In this document: positions 37,008 through 48,710 of the stretch, piece by piece | Layout of the letters: each line of letters starts with the position of its first letter | Numbering within the stretch: position 1 is the first letter of the stretch | DNA from: Eledone cirrhosa | Taxonomy: Eukaryota | Assembly (NCBI GenBank): GCA_964016885.1 | Contig: OZ024748.1 | Location: forward strand, 310,001-374,000 | DNA length: 64,000 nucleotides | Reading direction: 5' to 3' | The notes under the pieces: model-generated | The model's database searches: none | What the model was told of the DNA's origin: nothing | Seen by the model: only the letters and a program-made list of their open reading frames with translations | Made by a program: the position numbers and the translations under genes

Positions 37008-37504
37008 CTAGATAAGAAAGGTGGACTCAATCAAGGTAAACATCAAAACAGGTGAGAGGGGGGATGGGATGAAGGGGGGATGGTGGAGGGGGAGATGGTG
37101 GAGAAGAAGGGTGAGGGGCGATGAAGGGGGAGACGGTGGAGGGGAGGGTATGAGGGGTGGGTGGGGGTGAAGGAGGAAAGGGGACTTGATTATCATTCAT
37201 TATCATACTTGGATAATGCACCTATAGGCCGGTGAATTGGAAGAGGAGAGGGGGTACTCTTCCCAGGTGCCCTCAAAGCGTCGGGTGGTTTAGGATTGGT
37301 GGGGTATGTGAATCAACCCAGGGTGGTTATCCCCCACTATTGGGTAATTCTCATTGTTGTATTTTTCTTGTTTATTGTTATTGTTTTCATTTTTTTTTAC
37401 ACGTTTTATATGTAAACCCCCACCGTGTCCCTGTCTATTGTATTGTCCCCTGTATGCCAGCCCTTGTGACCAATAAATAAAACCAGTATTATTATTATTA
37501 TTAT

Positions 37505-38142
37505 AAGGGCGGTGGATTGGCAGTATCGGTAGAGGGTCGGACGCCATGATTTCCAGCATAGTTACGTCCCTTTACGATCTGAGTTCAAATCCCGCCGAGG
37601 TTGACTTTTCCTTTCATCCTTACGGGGTCGATAAAATAAAGTACCAGTAATGCACTGGGTAATTGCTGGCCTTGTGCCTAAAGTAGAAACAATTATTATA
37701 ATAAGGGCGGTGGATTGGCAGTATTGGTAGAGGGTCGGACACCATGTTTTGCAGCAAAGAGTTACAGCCCTTTATGGTCTGAGTTCAAATCCCGCTGAGG
37801 TTAGCTTTGCCTTTCATCCTTGCTTATTCGATAATAAAAAGTACCAGTCACACACTGGGGTTGATTTAGTCAACTTTCCCCTTCCTCCAAATTGCTGGCC
37901 TTGTGACTATACTATAAACCATTATTATTATTAGAATGTTTAAAGGGTGGTGGATTGGCAGTATCGGTAGAGAGTCGGATACCATGCTTTGCAGCATTAG
38001 AATTATGGCCCTTTATGGTCTGAGTTCAAATCCCATTGAGGTTAACTTTGCCTTTCATTCTTACAGGGGTGATAAAATAAAATACCAGTAATGAACTGGG
38101 GTTAATTGCTGCCCTTGTACTAAAAGTAGAAACAATTATTAT
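37505..38142 (+). mobile_element. Head-to-tail array of three tRNA-derived SINEs
   Basis: Same family, separated by AAACAATTATTAT tails. Confidence 0.88.
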
Positions 38143-38750
38143 TAGAAGGTTTTCATGTTAGTCAGGAAGGGAGGGATGTATTTATTAATGAAGGTTGAAC
38201 ACCATCAAGTGGTTGGTATTAGGAAGAGAGACATCCAGCCATAAAAACCATGCCAGAATGGAATGTAGCAGTGTGACGCAGTCATCTGATGTGTCTGGTG
38301 TGAGAACGTGACAACCTGTCTAACCCATGCAAAACATGGAAAACAGACACAAAACAGTGATGTTAGTGGTGATGGTGATGATGGTAGTGGCAGTTATGAG
38401 GGTGGTGGTGGTGATGAGGGTAGTGGTGGTGGTTGTGGTGATGGTGGTGATGAGGGTGGTGGTGGTGGATGATGGTGGTGTTGGTGGTGATGAGGATGTT
38501 GGTGGTGGTGGTGGAGATGAGGATGTTGGTGGTGGTGGTGATGAGGGTGTTGGTGATGGTGGTGGTGATGAGTGTTGATGGTGGTGGTAGTGGTGATGAG
38601 GATGTTGGTGGTGGTGATGAAGGTGTTGATGGTGGTGGTGATGAGGGTGTTGGTGAGGGTGTTGATGGTGGTGGTGTTGATGGTGGTGGTGTTGATGGTG
38701 TTGGTGGTGTTGAAGGTGGAAGGTAGTTAATGGTTAGTTCCCTGACTTAC

Positions 38751-38884
38751 TCTCCCATAAATCCTTTTGAAGAAGACATGAAGGATGCCAGTTCCACATT
38801 TTTGTACTCAGGACCCAACTCTGTAAGGACTTTCTTGAAGGAGAAGAACTCAGTATCTTCAGCGTAGACATTATCTTGATATAC
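38751..38884 (-). CDS. GPT2: Alanine aminotransferase exon with the PLP-binding lysine
   Basis: VYQDNVYAE...[16 protein letters not shown]; 134 bp. Confidence 0.95.
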
Positions 38885-38999
38885 CTATGAATAGAGAAGA
38901 CAGATTACACCTGTGAATGGAGAAGATAGACAAACAGGTAATATGTCTTAATACACCTATAAATGGAGAAGAAAGGTATAAAAAGATGAGGTGTTTTAA

Positions 39000-39207
39000 C
39001 TCTTTAGCATTTACATTAGTCTATATATACTATTGTATTTTCATAGTAAACACTTTATTTCACATAATATTGAATCTATGAGATTTTGATATTATTTAAT
39101 TTGAGAACAATACTTTAGCATAAGTATGAGCAGCCAGTTATGGCTGGTTTGAACAGAAAGAGGTGAGAGAATTCTGGCTGGATACAGCTGGTTTAAATAC
39201 TAAAGGG
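39000..39207. mobile_element. piggyBac-type MITE copy
   Basis: TTAA flanks, same TIR and internal sequence as 33431-33620. Confidence 0.8.
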
Positions 39208-39580
39208 TTAATACACCTGTTAATGAAGAAGACTGAGGTAAAGGTGAGGTGCCTTAATACACCTGTTAATGAAGAAGACTGAGATAAAAAGGTAAAGGTG
39301 TTTTCAAATATGGTGAACATCTATTTATTATTTTATTTATTTTTTTACTAATTCAGTCTTTAGACTGAGATCATGCTAGGGCACTGCCATAAAGGGATTT
39401 ATTTCATCATATTGATCCTGTATATCAATTCCTTTTTGTTGAACTGATAACTCACAATACACTATCAGACACACACACATTGGCATGCGGGTTAAAGTAA
39501 CATAGTATTTTAAGAAATCAAACATTAACTGATTAAGCACGCAATACTGATAGGTAGAGTGTATAAATTGCCATACTTAC

Positions 39581-39660
39581 TTCATCAGCTAACAAGAAAA
39601 GGTTTTCTCTCTTGGCAAATTTTATGATGTCTTCTATATTCTTGCGACTTAACACTTGAC
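39581..39660 (-). CDS. GPT2: Alanine aminotransferase exon
   Basis: GQVLSRKNIEDIIKFAKRENLFLLADE; 80 bp. Confidence 0.95.
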
Positions 39661-39962
39661 CTGAATGAAATAATAGAGAAATAACAGAGGAATGATGGTC
39701 ACTCTAATATGCAGACATGAATCTCTATAGAAAGTTCTGGACAAATACAGGCCATATGGAAATGGAGCAATGTCCTGTAAGCTGTGTATTGATGAAAGAG
39801 TGAATATCCTGCAGAGGTTAAGTAATGGTACTTGCCCTTAACTCAAGAGCAATTTTTTTTAATTTTTGTCAGCACACTGTGAAGTATCTGATCAACACAC
39901 AAAGACCAGAGAAACAAATACAATATAATTGATAGGCGATGATAGATTCACATGGTCCTTAC

Positions 39963-40092
39963 CTGTTGGGTTGCCAGGGTTTATCACAACAATGGCTCGA
40001 GGTTTACACTGAGGGCGTGCTTCCTCGATGGCCTTCTCAAGATCAGGAATGTTTAAGGCCCAATTGTTGTCTTCATCTAAATAGTAGTTGAT
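39963..40092 (-). CDS. GPT2: Alanine aminotransferase exon
   Basis: INYYLDEDNNWAL...PRAIVVINPGNPTG; 130 bp; AAG acceptor. Confidence 0.95.
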
Positions 40093-40699
40093 CTTGGAGA
40101 GAAAAAACATACAAAAGAAGTTGTTATATTTATGTATACAAATGTGTGTGTATGTGTGTGTGTATATCTGTTTGTGTATATATGTGTAGATATCTGTGTA
40201 CATTTGCATAAAATGTGGATCATAAAAGCATCATATTAAGATATGCATATGTGTATGTGTGTGTTTGTATATATATATAGCCCACACTGTAAAGTGGACG
40301 TGTAGGCCCCACGAAAAGCACCCAGCACTCACTGTAAATGAGGTTGGTGTTAGGAAGGGCATCCAGCTGTAGAAATCAAGCCAAATCAGTTCCTGTATGA
40401 GCAAGGCATGGTCAGCCGACCAGACACTGCCCACAACAGGACAACCCGTCTAACCCATGCTAGCGTGGAAGAACGGACGTAAAACGATGATGATGATGAT
40501 GATGATATATATAGGAGAGAGATTCATATATTAAATACTTACCATATAAGCATTAAACTCTGAGATGGTGACTGTATGTATGTATTTATATATATATGTG
40601 TGTGTGTGTGTGTATATATATATGTATATATATGTATATATATATATGTGTATGTATATATATATATATGTATATGTGTGTATATATATATGTATATGA

Positions 40700-41849
40700 G
40701 AGTATTGAAGTTTGCTTGAAGCATTGTGGAATAATAAATAAATATCTTTAAGTCGTTTGGAAGCCTCGACAATGCAAATGGGTAAATCTCCGGGAAACAA
40801 GATCCGGTGGTGGAGAGAGAGATGTAAGTGGGTGTACGTTGAGATGTGTGGTGTGTAAAGATGTGTAAATGTGTAGAAGAAAGAAGGGAAGAGTATAAAG
40901 GATAAAAATAAAAATAACAACACAAGAGAGATTTAATAGTCCCTATATATTTCGAATTCACATCCATAAACTGGGGTTTTTTTTTCCGGGTTAAAGGTTG
41001 TTTGTCGGACAGGTGTGAAACGCGTCCTCCGCTGTTTGTTGTTTTGAATATCTGAGGTATTCGGCAGAGCGCGCGTGCGCGTGAAATGGGGTCGGTCGGG
41101 CAGAGGTCAGCGGCCGAATGAGGGAGTGGGGTGGCGCTAGCTGTCAGTCCATTCTCTGCCTGTTTGTTAAATGTTACTGTGTGTGTGTGTGCGTGTGTTG
41201 TTGTCTCGCTTGAGTGTGTGTGTGTGTGCGTGTGTAGTTGCCTTGTTCCTCTGTATTGGCAGTGTAGTATGTTCGTATGGTGGAATGCTACTGTGTGTGT
41301 GTGTGTGTGTAGTTGTCTAGTTTGTGTGTGCGTGTGTTGTGTGTTGCTACATCGTTTGTTAACTTAAACCAGCCATCTCATTTCGCTTCTTTCTAATCGG
41401 TTGTTTATTTGCGGTTGCAGGCGTTTGATAAAAAGTGCTTCCTTGATACGTAACGTGCCAACGTTTCTTTCAGTCGCTAGAATTGTGACAATGGGCCTTC
41501 CGTCTTTGTTTCCGCATTTGTCTATGTGTTTCCGGAAAGACGAGGCCCTGGTTTTAACACATCCTTTACACACTTACACACTGACACAACACACTAAAAC
41601 CAGGGCCTTGTCTTTCTGGAAACACATAGACAAATGCGGAAACAAATGCGGTAACTCTCTCTTGTGTTGTTATTTTTATTTTTATCCTTTATACTCTTCC
41701 CTTCTTTCTTCTACACATTTACACATCTTTACACACCACGCATCTCAACGTACACCCACTTACATCTCTCTCTCCACCACCGGATCTTGTTACCCGGAGA
41801 TTTACCCATTTGCATTGTCGAGGCTTCCAAACGACTTAAAGATATTTAT
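40700..41849 (-). mobile_element. Penelope-like element 3' remnant with an inverted pLTR
   Basis: 41364-41550 encodes a GIY-YIG C-terminus (LRIKEALFIKRLQPQIN); 40738-40931 is inverted at 41656-41849. Confidence 0.8.
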
Positions 41850-41933
41850 ATATGTATATATGTGTGTGTGTGTGTGCATTATATGTGTGTGTGAATTTAT
41901 ATATATATATATATTCATGTCTTAAATATTTAC

Positions 41934-42050
41934 CGTGTAGGCGTTATACTCCGAGATGGTGGCTGTATATAAGGGATATTGAGGAATTGGGATCATGACC
42001 CCAGCCCTTTCTTTTCCTGGTTTCCCTGTCATCAACATTTTCATGATGGT
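41934..42050 (-). CDS. GPT2: Alanine aminotransferase exon
   Basis: TIMKMLMTG...[23 protein letters not shown]; 117 bp. Confidence 0.95.
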
Positions 42051-42074
42051 CTGTCAGAAGAGAAGTTAGAGATT

Positions 42075-42685
42075 TATACACTTACACACTATGGTATACA
42101 CTTACACACTGGCATGGCATATTATAATATACTCTTACACACTGGCATAACACATAGTGGTATACCATTACGCACTGGCACAAGACATTGTGGTATACAC
42201 TTACACACTGGCATAACACACCTTCTTATACACACTGACAATATACATTGTAATATACACTTACACACTGACATAACACACCCTTTATACACACACACAC
42301 TGATATAACACATCCTTTATACACACTTACACATTGACATAACACACCTCCTTATACACACTTACACAACACACATTGTGATACACATTTACACACTGAT
42401 ATAACACATCCTTTACACACTTACACACTGACACAACACACCCTTAATACACACTTACACAACACACCTTTTATATACATTTACACAACACACCTTATTA
42501 TAGACACACATTGACACAACATACAATTTATACACACTGACTTAACACACTATATATATTTACACACTGACATAACACACTATATACATTTACACACTGA
42601 CATAACACACTATATACATTTACACACTGACATAACACACTATACACACTGACACAACACACTATACACACTAACACAACACACT
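42075..42685. repeat. Degenerate TTACACACTGRCATAACAC tandem repeat
   Basis: Recurring units of about 25-40 bp. Confidence 0.85.
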
Positions 42686-42792
42686 CTGTGATATATCATC
42701 AGAACAGAGTGAGCCACAAGAAATACTGAGGCATTTTTAACTGGATGCCCTCAATGACTCTACCTTACTCATACCTGTGTCTTAATTCATAC

Positions 42793-42923
42793 CTTAATTC
42801 CATCACTGGCCCCTGTCGAGAGGTAAATGTTCTCAAATGATGCAGGATGTCCGTCACGTTTGGAAATAAAGTCAGCAATATCTTTTCTCACAACCATTAA
42901 ACCAGCACTGTCACTGTATGCTC
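42793..42923 (-). CDS. GPT2: Alanine aminotransferase exon
   Basis: GAYSDSAGLMVVRKDIADFISKRDG...IYLSTGASDGIK; 131 bp. Confidence 0.95.
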
Positions 42924-43505
42924 CTACAATATACAACATTACAACCTTTATAGATGTAACCATTTCATATGAACCACCACCATCACCACTACCTCTATCA
43001 CCATCACTACCATCACCACCACCATCACCATAATCACTACCATCACAACCACAACAACCCCCACCATCACCACCACAATCTCTACCATCACTACCACCAC
43101 CATTATCCTCCTCACCATCACTACCATCACAATGTGAATATTCTCTGTGTTGGTCACAGTTTTTTGGGAAAAGATTTTCTTTTCTGGTTGGATGCCCTTC
43201 CTATCACCAGCCACTTTACAGAGTGGACTACGCGTATTTCATCATGTCACTGTCACTAGAGAGGTTGTTGGACCAAGGAAACAATGTTTGTCTTTCCGAT
43301 TGCTAATACTACTTACAGGTTGAAACTCCTGGCGGAAGGAGCACATAGAATAAAGTGTATCTTGCTCAAGGACATACGTAACACATTGCCCAGTCTGGGA
43401 ATCAAACTCACAACCTCACCACTAAGCCACACCTTCACTATGGCACATAGGCAATGTACTTCATAAGATATATGGCAATAAAAGGGTTAAATATAGACCA
43501 CTTAC

Positions 43506-43614
43506 CTACACTCTTGCCACCACAGTCATTGAGAATACGTTGGGCCCTATCTTTAGCATCAGATGGAAAATTGGGCTCTGACATCAAGTCAGGAAAAACA
43601 CAAAGAGTCACAAC
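43506..43614 (-). CDS. GPT2: Alanine aminotransferase exon
   Basis: VVTLCVFPDLMSEPNFPSDAKDRAQRILNDCGGKSVG; 109 bp, AG/GT. Confidence 0.95.
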
Positions 43615-44149
43615 CTAGGAGTAGGAGGAGGTGAAAGAGGAGAAGGGGGAGGAGACAAAGAAGAGAAAAAAAATAATAGAACAAATCATCAAATAAAGGA
43701 ATTAAATAATTGTTCCTACTTGAGGCACAAGGCCAGCAATTTGAAGGAGAGAGGAAAGTCGATGAAATTGACCCCAGTGCATTACTGGTATTTTATATCA
43801 ACGACCCTCGTAAGGATGAAAGGCAAAGCTAACCTTGGCTGGATTTGAACTCAGAGTGTAAAGAGCCATAACGCTCTGCTACAAAGCATGATGTCCGATG
43901 CTTTACCCATTCTGCCAAAAATAAATAATAATCATATTAAACGGCAGAGAATTGGCAGAGGCGTTTGAGTGTCAGTGAAAAATTTAGGACATTGACTCTC
44001 ATGAGTTCCTCAGCCCTTTGGTGGGCTTCGTTTTTCATCCTACTGGGTGGCCAAAAATCCCACACCTCACCAAGTAGCTATGGTGTGGGTGTTGGTGTTG
44101 GTTTAGTTGCCGATGACCCTCAACCATGCAACATGTTGTACTGAGTCTC

Positions 44150-45090
44150 ATGTTACAGGTAACCCTTGAGAGAGTGAGCTGACATATGAGAAGTTGATTA
44201 CGACTTTCGAAAACATGTTTTCACATTCAGAGTTGTTGAAGCATGGAACAAACTACCTGCATCAGTTGTTAGCTGTCGAGACACTGCATCCTTTAAAACC
44301 TCCATGGAATAAACTACCTGCATCAGTTGTTAGCTGTCGAGACACTGCATCCTTTAAAACCTCCATGGAACAAACTACCTGCATCAGTTGTTAGCTGTCG
44401 AGACACTGCATCCTTTAAAACCTCCATGGAATAAACTACCTGCATCAGTTGTTAGCTGTCGCAACACTGCATCCTTTAAAACCTCCATGGAACAAACTAC
44501 CTGCAACAGTTGTTAGCTGTCGCGACACTGCATCCTTTAAAACCTCCATGGAATAAACTACCTGCATCAGTTGTTAGCTGTCAAGACACTGCATCCTTTA
44601 AAATCTCCATGGAACAAACTACCTGCATCAGTTGTTAGCTGTCGCGACACTGCATCCTTTAAAATCTCCATGGAACAAACTACCTGCATCAGTTGTTAGC
44701 TGTCGAGACACTGCATCCTTTAAAACCTCCATGGAACAAACTACCTGCATCAGTTGTTAGCTGTCGCGACACTGCATCCTTTAAAACCTCCATGGAATAA
44801 ACTACCTGCATCAGTTGTTAGCTGTCGAGACACTGCATCCTTTAAAATCTCCATGGAACAAACTACCTGCATCAGTTGTTAGCTGTCGAGACACTGCATC
44901 CTTTAAAACCTCCATGCTTCTTGAGATTCGCCAACACTACACCTGATATCCCCCTCCATACACACGCACACATGTATATTATGACTCATACACTGTTCAT
45001 TTTCCTGACATTTGTACATTATTCTATGTACTATACATGCACCTTTGATGAGTTGTAGTGCACCTGAGCACTGTACACAATAATTTCATT
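44150..45090 (+). mobile_element. CR1-like LINE 3' end containing an internal tandem array
   Basis: FRKHVFTFRVVEAWNKLPASVVSCRDTASFK, typical of a CR1 C-terminus; followed by 3' UTR and a (TTA)n tail. Confidence 0.75.
44243..44916. repeat. 61-bp minisatellite, 11 copies
   Basis: CATGGAAYAAACTACCTGCATCAGTTGTTAGCTGTCGAGACACTGCATCCTTTAAAACCTC. Confidence 0.97.
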
Positions 45091-45121
45091 ATTATTATTA
45101 TTATTATAATAAATAACTTAC

Positions 45122-45211
45122 CTGCCGTAAAAATTTGATGGGACTTTGTCCTGTGGCGTGGCAGTCCCCGATATTGGCTCGGATCACTTCCGTGAAGGGT
45201 TTTTGTATTCC
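45122..45211 (-). CDS. GPT2: Alanine aminotransferase exon ([30 protein letters not shown]); first exon found
   Basis: CAG/GTAAG sites, 90 bp; ALT motif [13 protein letters not shown]. Confidence 0.95.
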
Positions 45212-47016
45212 CTGCAAAAAAAAAGGGGGATAAATTGAACATTGTGTTTAGTAAAAATGAGAAGAATTTAATGGAAAATCTTGGATTAAGAGAATGGATA
45301 ATGGGGTAGGGGTAGATCGAAGAAGGAGGGGTGGATTAGAGAGTGGGGGGACTGGAGAAGGGGAGGGGGGATTAAAGAGGAGGAGGGTGGATTAGAGAGG
45401 GAAGAATGGAGTGTGACAGGGTAGACTGAAGAGTGACAGGGTAGATGGAAGAGTGACAGGGTGGATCAGAGAATGACAGGGTAGACGGAAGAGTAATCTA
45501 AGAGATCAGAGGGTAAAAAGGAGGATAGTGTAGAGAAAGAGAGAGTGAGAGAGAGAGTGTAGGTGAGATAGTGAAGAGAGAGGGAGATTAGGCACGAGTT
45601 TGGAGAGGGTGAGAGGTTGTGAGCTGATGATGGTGGTGGTAATGGTGGAGGTGGTAATGATGGTGATGGTGTTGGTAATGATGATGATGGTGAAGTATTC
45701 TTACTGAGTGTTATAAGGAAATATACCACCATAACCACCACCACCACCATCAACAACAATGCCAACCACCATCATAACCACCACTACCACCCTCACCACC
45801 ACCACCACTCCCATACCTCTGCCAACACTACTACCCACACAATAACCACCTCCACCACCACCCTCACCAGTCCCACACCTCTGCCAACACTACTAACCAC
45901 ACAATCACCACTTCCACCACCACCACTACCACCCTCACCACCATTACCCTGCCCCTCCAAAAAGAAAACATTTTCAGGTATAATTGGAACTAAGCAAGAA
46001 TTTGGTAAACTGACCCAAGAACCAGTTTCTGTAGAGATAAAACAAAAAATAGCAAAACATATTTAAAACACTTCCTAAATCCCACAAGAAATATGAGAGA
46101 AGCAGTAAATTCCTTGGTCTCATTCCAAGATTGTTTTGGCAATATCTTTACTGTCATTACTAGCCCTTGTACACTGGTGTTGGCGGTGGTAGTAGTGGTG
46201 TTAGCAGTGGTAGTGGTAGTGGTGGTGGTGGTGGTGGTAGTAGTGGTGGTGGTGGTAGTGGTGGTGTTAGTGGTGATGGTAGTAGTTGTAGTAGTAGTGG
46301 TGGTGTTAGTGGTGGTGGTAGTAGTTGTAGTAGTGGTGGTGGCGGTGGTAGTGGTAGTAGTGGTGGTGGTAGTAGTGGTGGTGGTGGTAGTGGTGGTGGT
46401 AGTGGTAGTGATGGTGGGGGTATTATGTAAAAGTTCCTAGTGGCATTACGTAATAGGTGGTAGTGTACTAGTAGTGGAGGTGGTAGTAGTAGTAGTAGTG
46501 GTGGTCATAGTAGTAGTAATGTTGGTGCTGGTAGTAGTAGTGGTAGTGGTAATAGTAGTAGTGTGGTAGTAGTAGTAGTAGTAGTAACAACAGAAGCAGG
46601 TGGTAGTAACTGTTATTATTAGCTATTATTAAGTGGAAGGGATGCTGCAGAAGCGGAAGACAATGACTGACCAAAAGGGTGGGGTGGGGGTGGGGGGCAA
46701 CATGTTGTGAGACATTGTAGAGAAGAACTTTACAACCTACACAGTTATGGCGAAAATAATGTAAAGGTGATGATGATAGTGGTGGTGGTGATTGTGGTGG
46801 TTATGGTGCTGGTCATAATAATGATAATGATAGTGGGGGTGGTTACGGTGGTTGTCATAATGATGATAGTGGTGGTGGTGGTTATGGTGCTGGTCATAAT
46901 GATGATAGTAGTTGTGGTTATGGTGCTGGTCATAATGATGATGGTGATGATAGTGGTGCTGATCTATATATATATATATAGACATGCACATCTATATTTA
47001 TACATACACACACATA

Positions 47017-47098
<82 letters not shown>

Positions 47099-47269
47099 GA
47101 AAGTGAACAACACAAAATATAACTACTCCATTACCAAAGGTTTCTGGATCCCAGACAATAATAATATATGTCTGGATCGGTCATCAGACAGATGTTAACA
47201 GAGATGTCCTATACATAGAGCACTCTTTTTTCCTTTAGAATTACCTAACACATATATATAAGGAAGACA

Positions 47270-47446
47270 TAGTAGAGGAAGACCACGAAAAACATGGGCA
47301 GAGGTGGTGAGAGCAGACTTCAGATTGCTGAGGCTCATGGTGGAGATGACCAACGACTTTGACAAGTGTAGAGATTCTGTGCCGAATAGGACCCATCCCA
47401 CCCTCGCAAGCAAGGAAAAGTGGATGTAAAATGATGATGATGATGA
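47270..47446 (+). mobile_element. RTE LINE 3' fragment
   Basis: Homologous to 58870-59047 (RGRPRKTWAEVVR) with a (GAT)n tail. Confidence 0.85.
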
Positions 47447-47447
47447 T

Positions 47448-47495
<48 letters not shown>

Positions 47496-48048
47496 TATCA
47501 GTGTGTAATAACATTAGTTCACCAGACACTCACATCTCTCTCTCATATATATACATATATATATCTAACCCTTTAATGTTCAAACCGGCCAAAACCAGCC
47601 AGAATTCTCTACCTCTTTCTGTATAAACTGGCTGTAATTGGCTACTCATACTGATGTTAAGGTATTGTTCTCAAAATAAATACTTTCAAAATCTCATAGA
47701 TTCGATATTATGTGAGATAATTATGCAAGATAAAGCCTTTACCATGTAAATATAATAGTATATATAGAGTAATGTGAATGCTAAAGACTTAAAACAAGAA
47801 GTGAAAGTCAACAGGTTAAAATTAACTTCATTTATTCATTATGAAATGTCACAGACAACACCTGCGCACTATATTGAGTGCATACTGAAGTGTTGTGTTG
47901 GTAACCAACCAACACATACTCAAAACCCTTGCAAGCAGGGAAAAGCGGATGTACAATGAAATGATGATATAAAATATGATTGGTATCTGCTATGTTGCGA
48001 CTACAAATTCAATTTATACCAAGTATATATATATATATACACACACAC

Positions 48049-48099
<51 letters not shown>

Positions 48100-48374
48100 G
48101 ATATATTTCTTTATTAGATAGATAGATAGGTAGATGTAAGTGTATGTGTGAGAGTGTATGTATAAGGTAGCTGTAATTTGACACAAAAATATATGGTTGT
48201 AGCATGTTTGAGAACATTGTTTTACACTGACAAAACAATAAGAATGTGATGCAATATCTAAAACATTGATATATATAACACATGTCATAAAGACATGCAT
48301 TTGAGGGGAAGAGAAGGAACAGTGGGTTATGTCAACCTACCCTCCAACATTTACTAGTATCTATATATTCTAGG

Positions 48375-48710
48375 TGACGAGGCTTAGTAGTTAGAGTTAG
48401 ATTCACAATCGTGAGGTTGCTAGTTCAATACCAGGCCATTCAATGCATTATGTTCTTGAGCAAGACACTTTATTTCCTGTTGAAAAGACCAATGGAAATA
48501 TAGTTGGATTTGCAATCGTGAGGTTGGTAGTTCAATTCCCAGGCCAGGTGATGCATTACGTCTTTGAGAAAGACACTTTATATCCTGTTGCTCTTTCTGC
48601 CAGGAGTTGTGATCAGTAGATAGTATCAGTAATTGGAAAGACCCATGGAAACATATTTGGATTTGCAATCAGATTTGCTAGTTCGATTCCCAGGCAGGGT
48701 GATGTATTAT
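48375..48710 (+). mobile_element. CORE-like SINE fragments, locally duplicated
   Basis: GTTCAATTCCCAGG...CTTGAGCAAGACACTTTATTTC; related copies at about 8710, 23920, 43350, 49100 and 53400. Confidence 0.6.

Noticed and set aside
44243-44916. Regular repeats resembling a CRISPR array (also 35413-36866 and 59326-59910)
   Set aside because: There are no unique spacers, the context is eukaryotic and no cas genes are present
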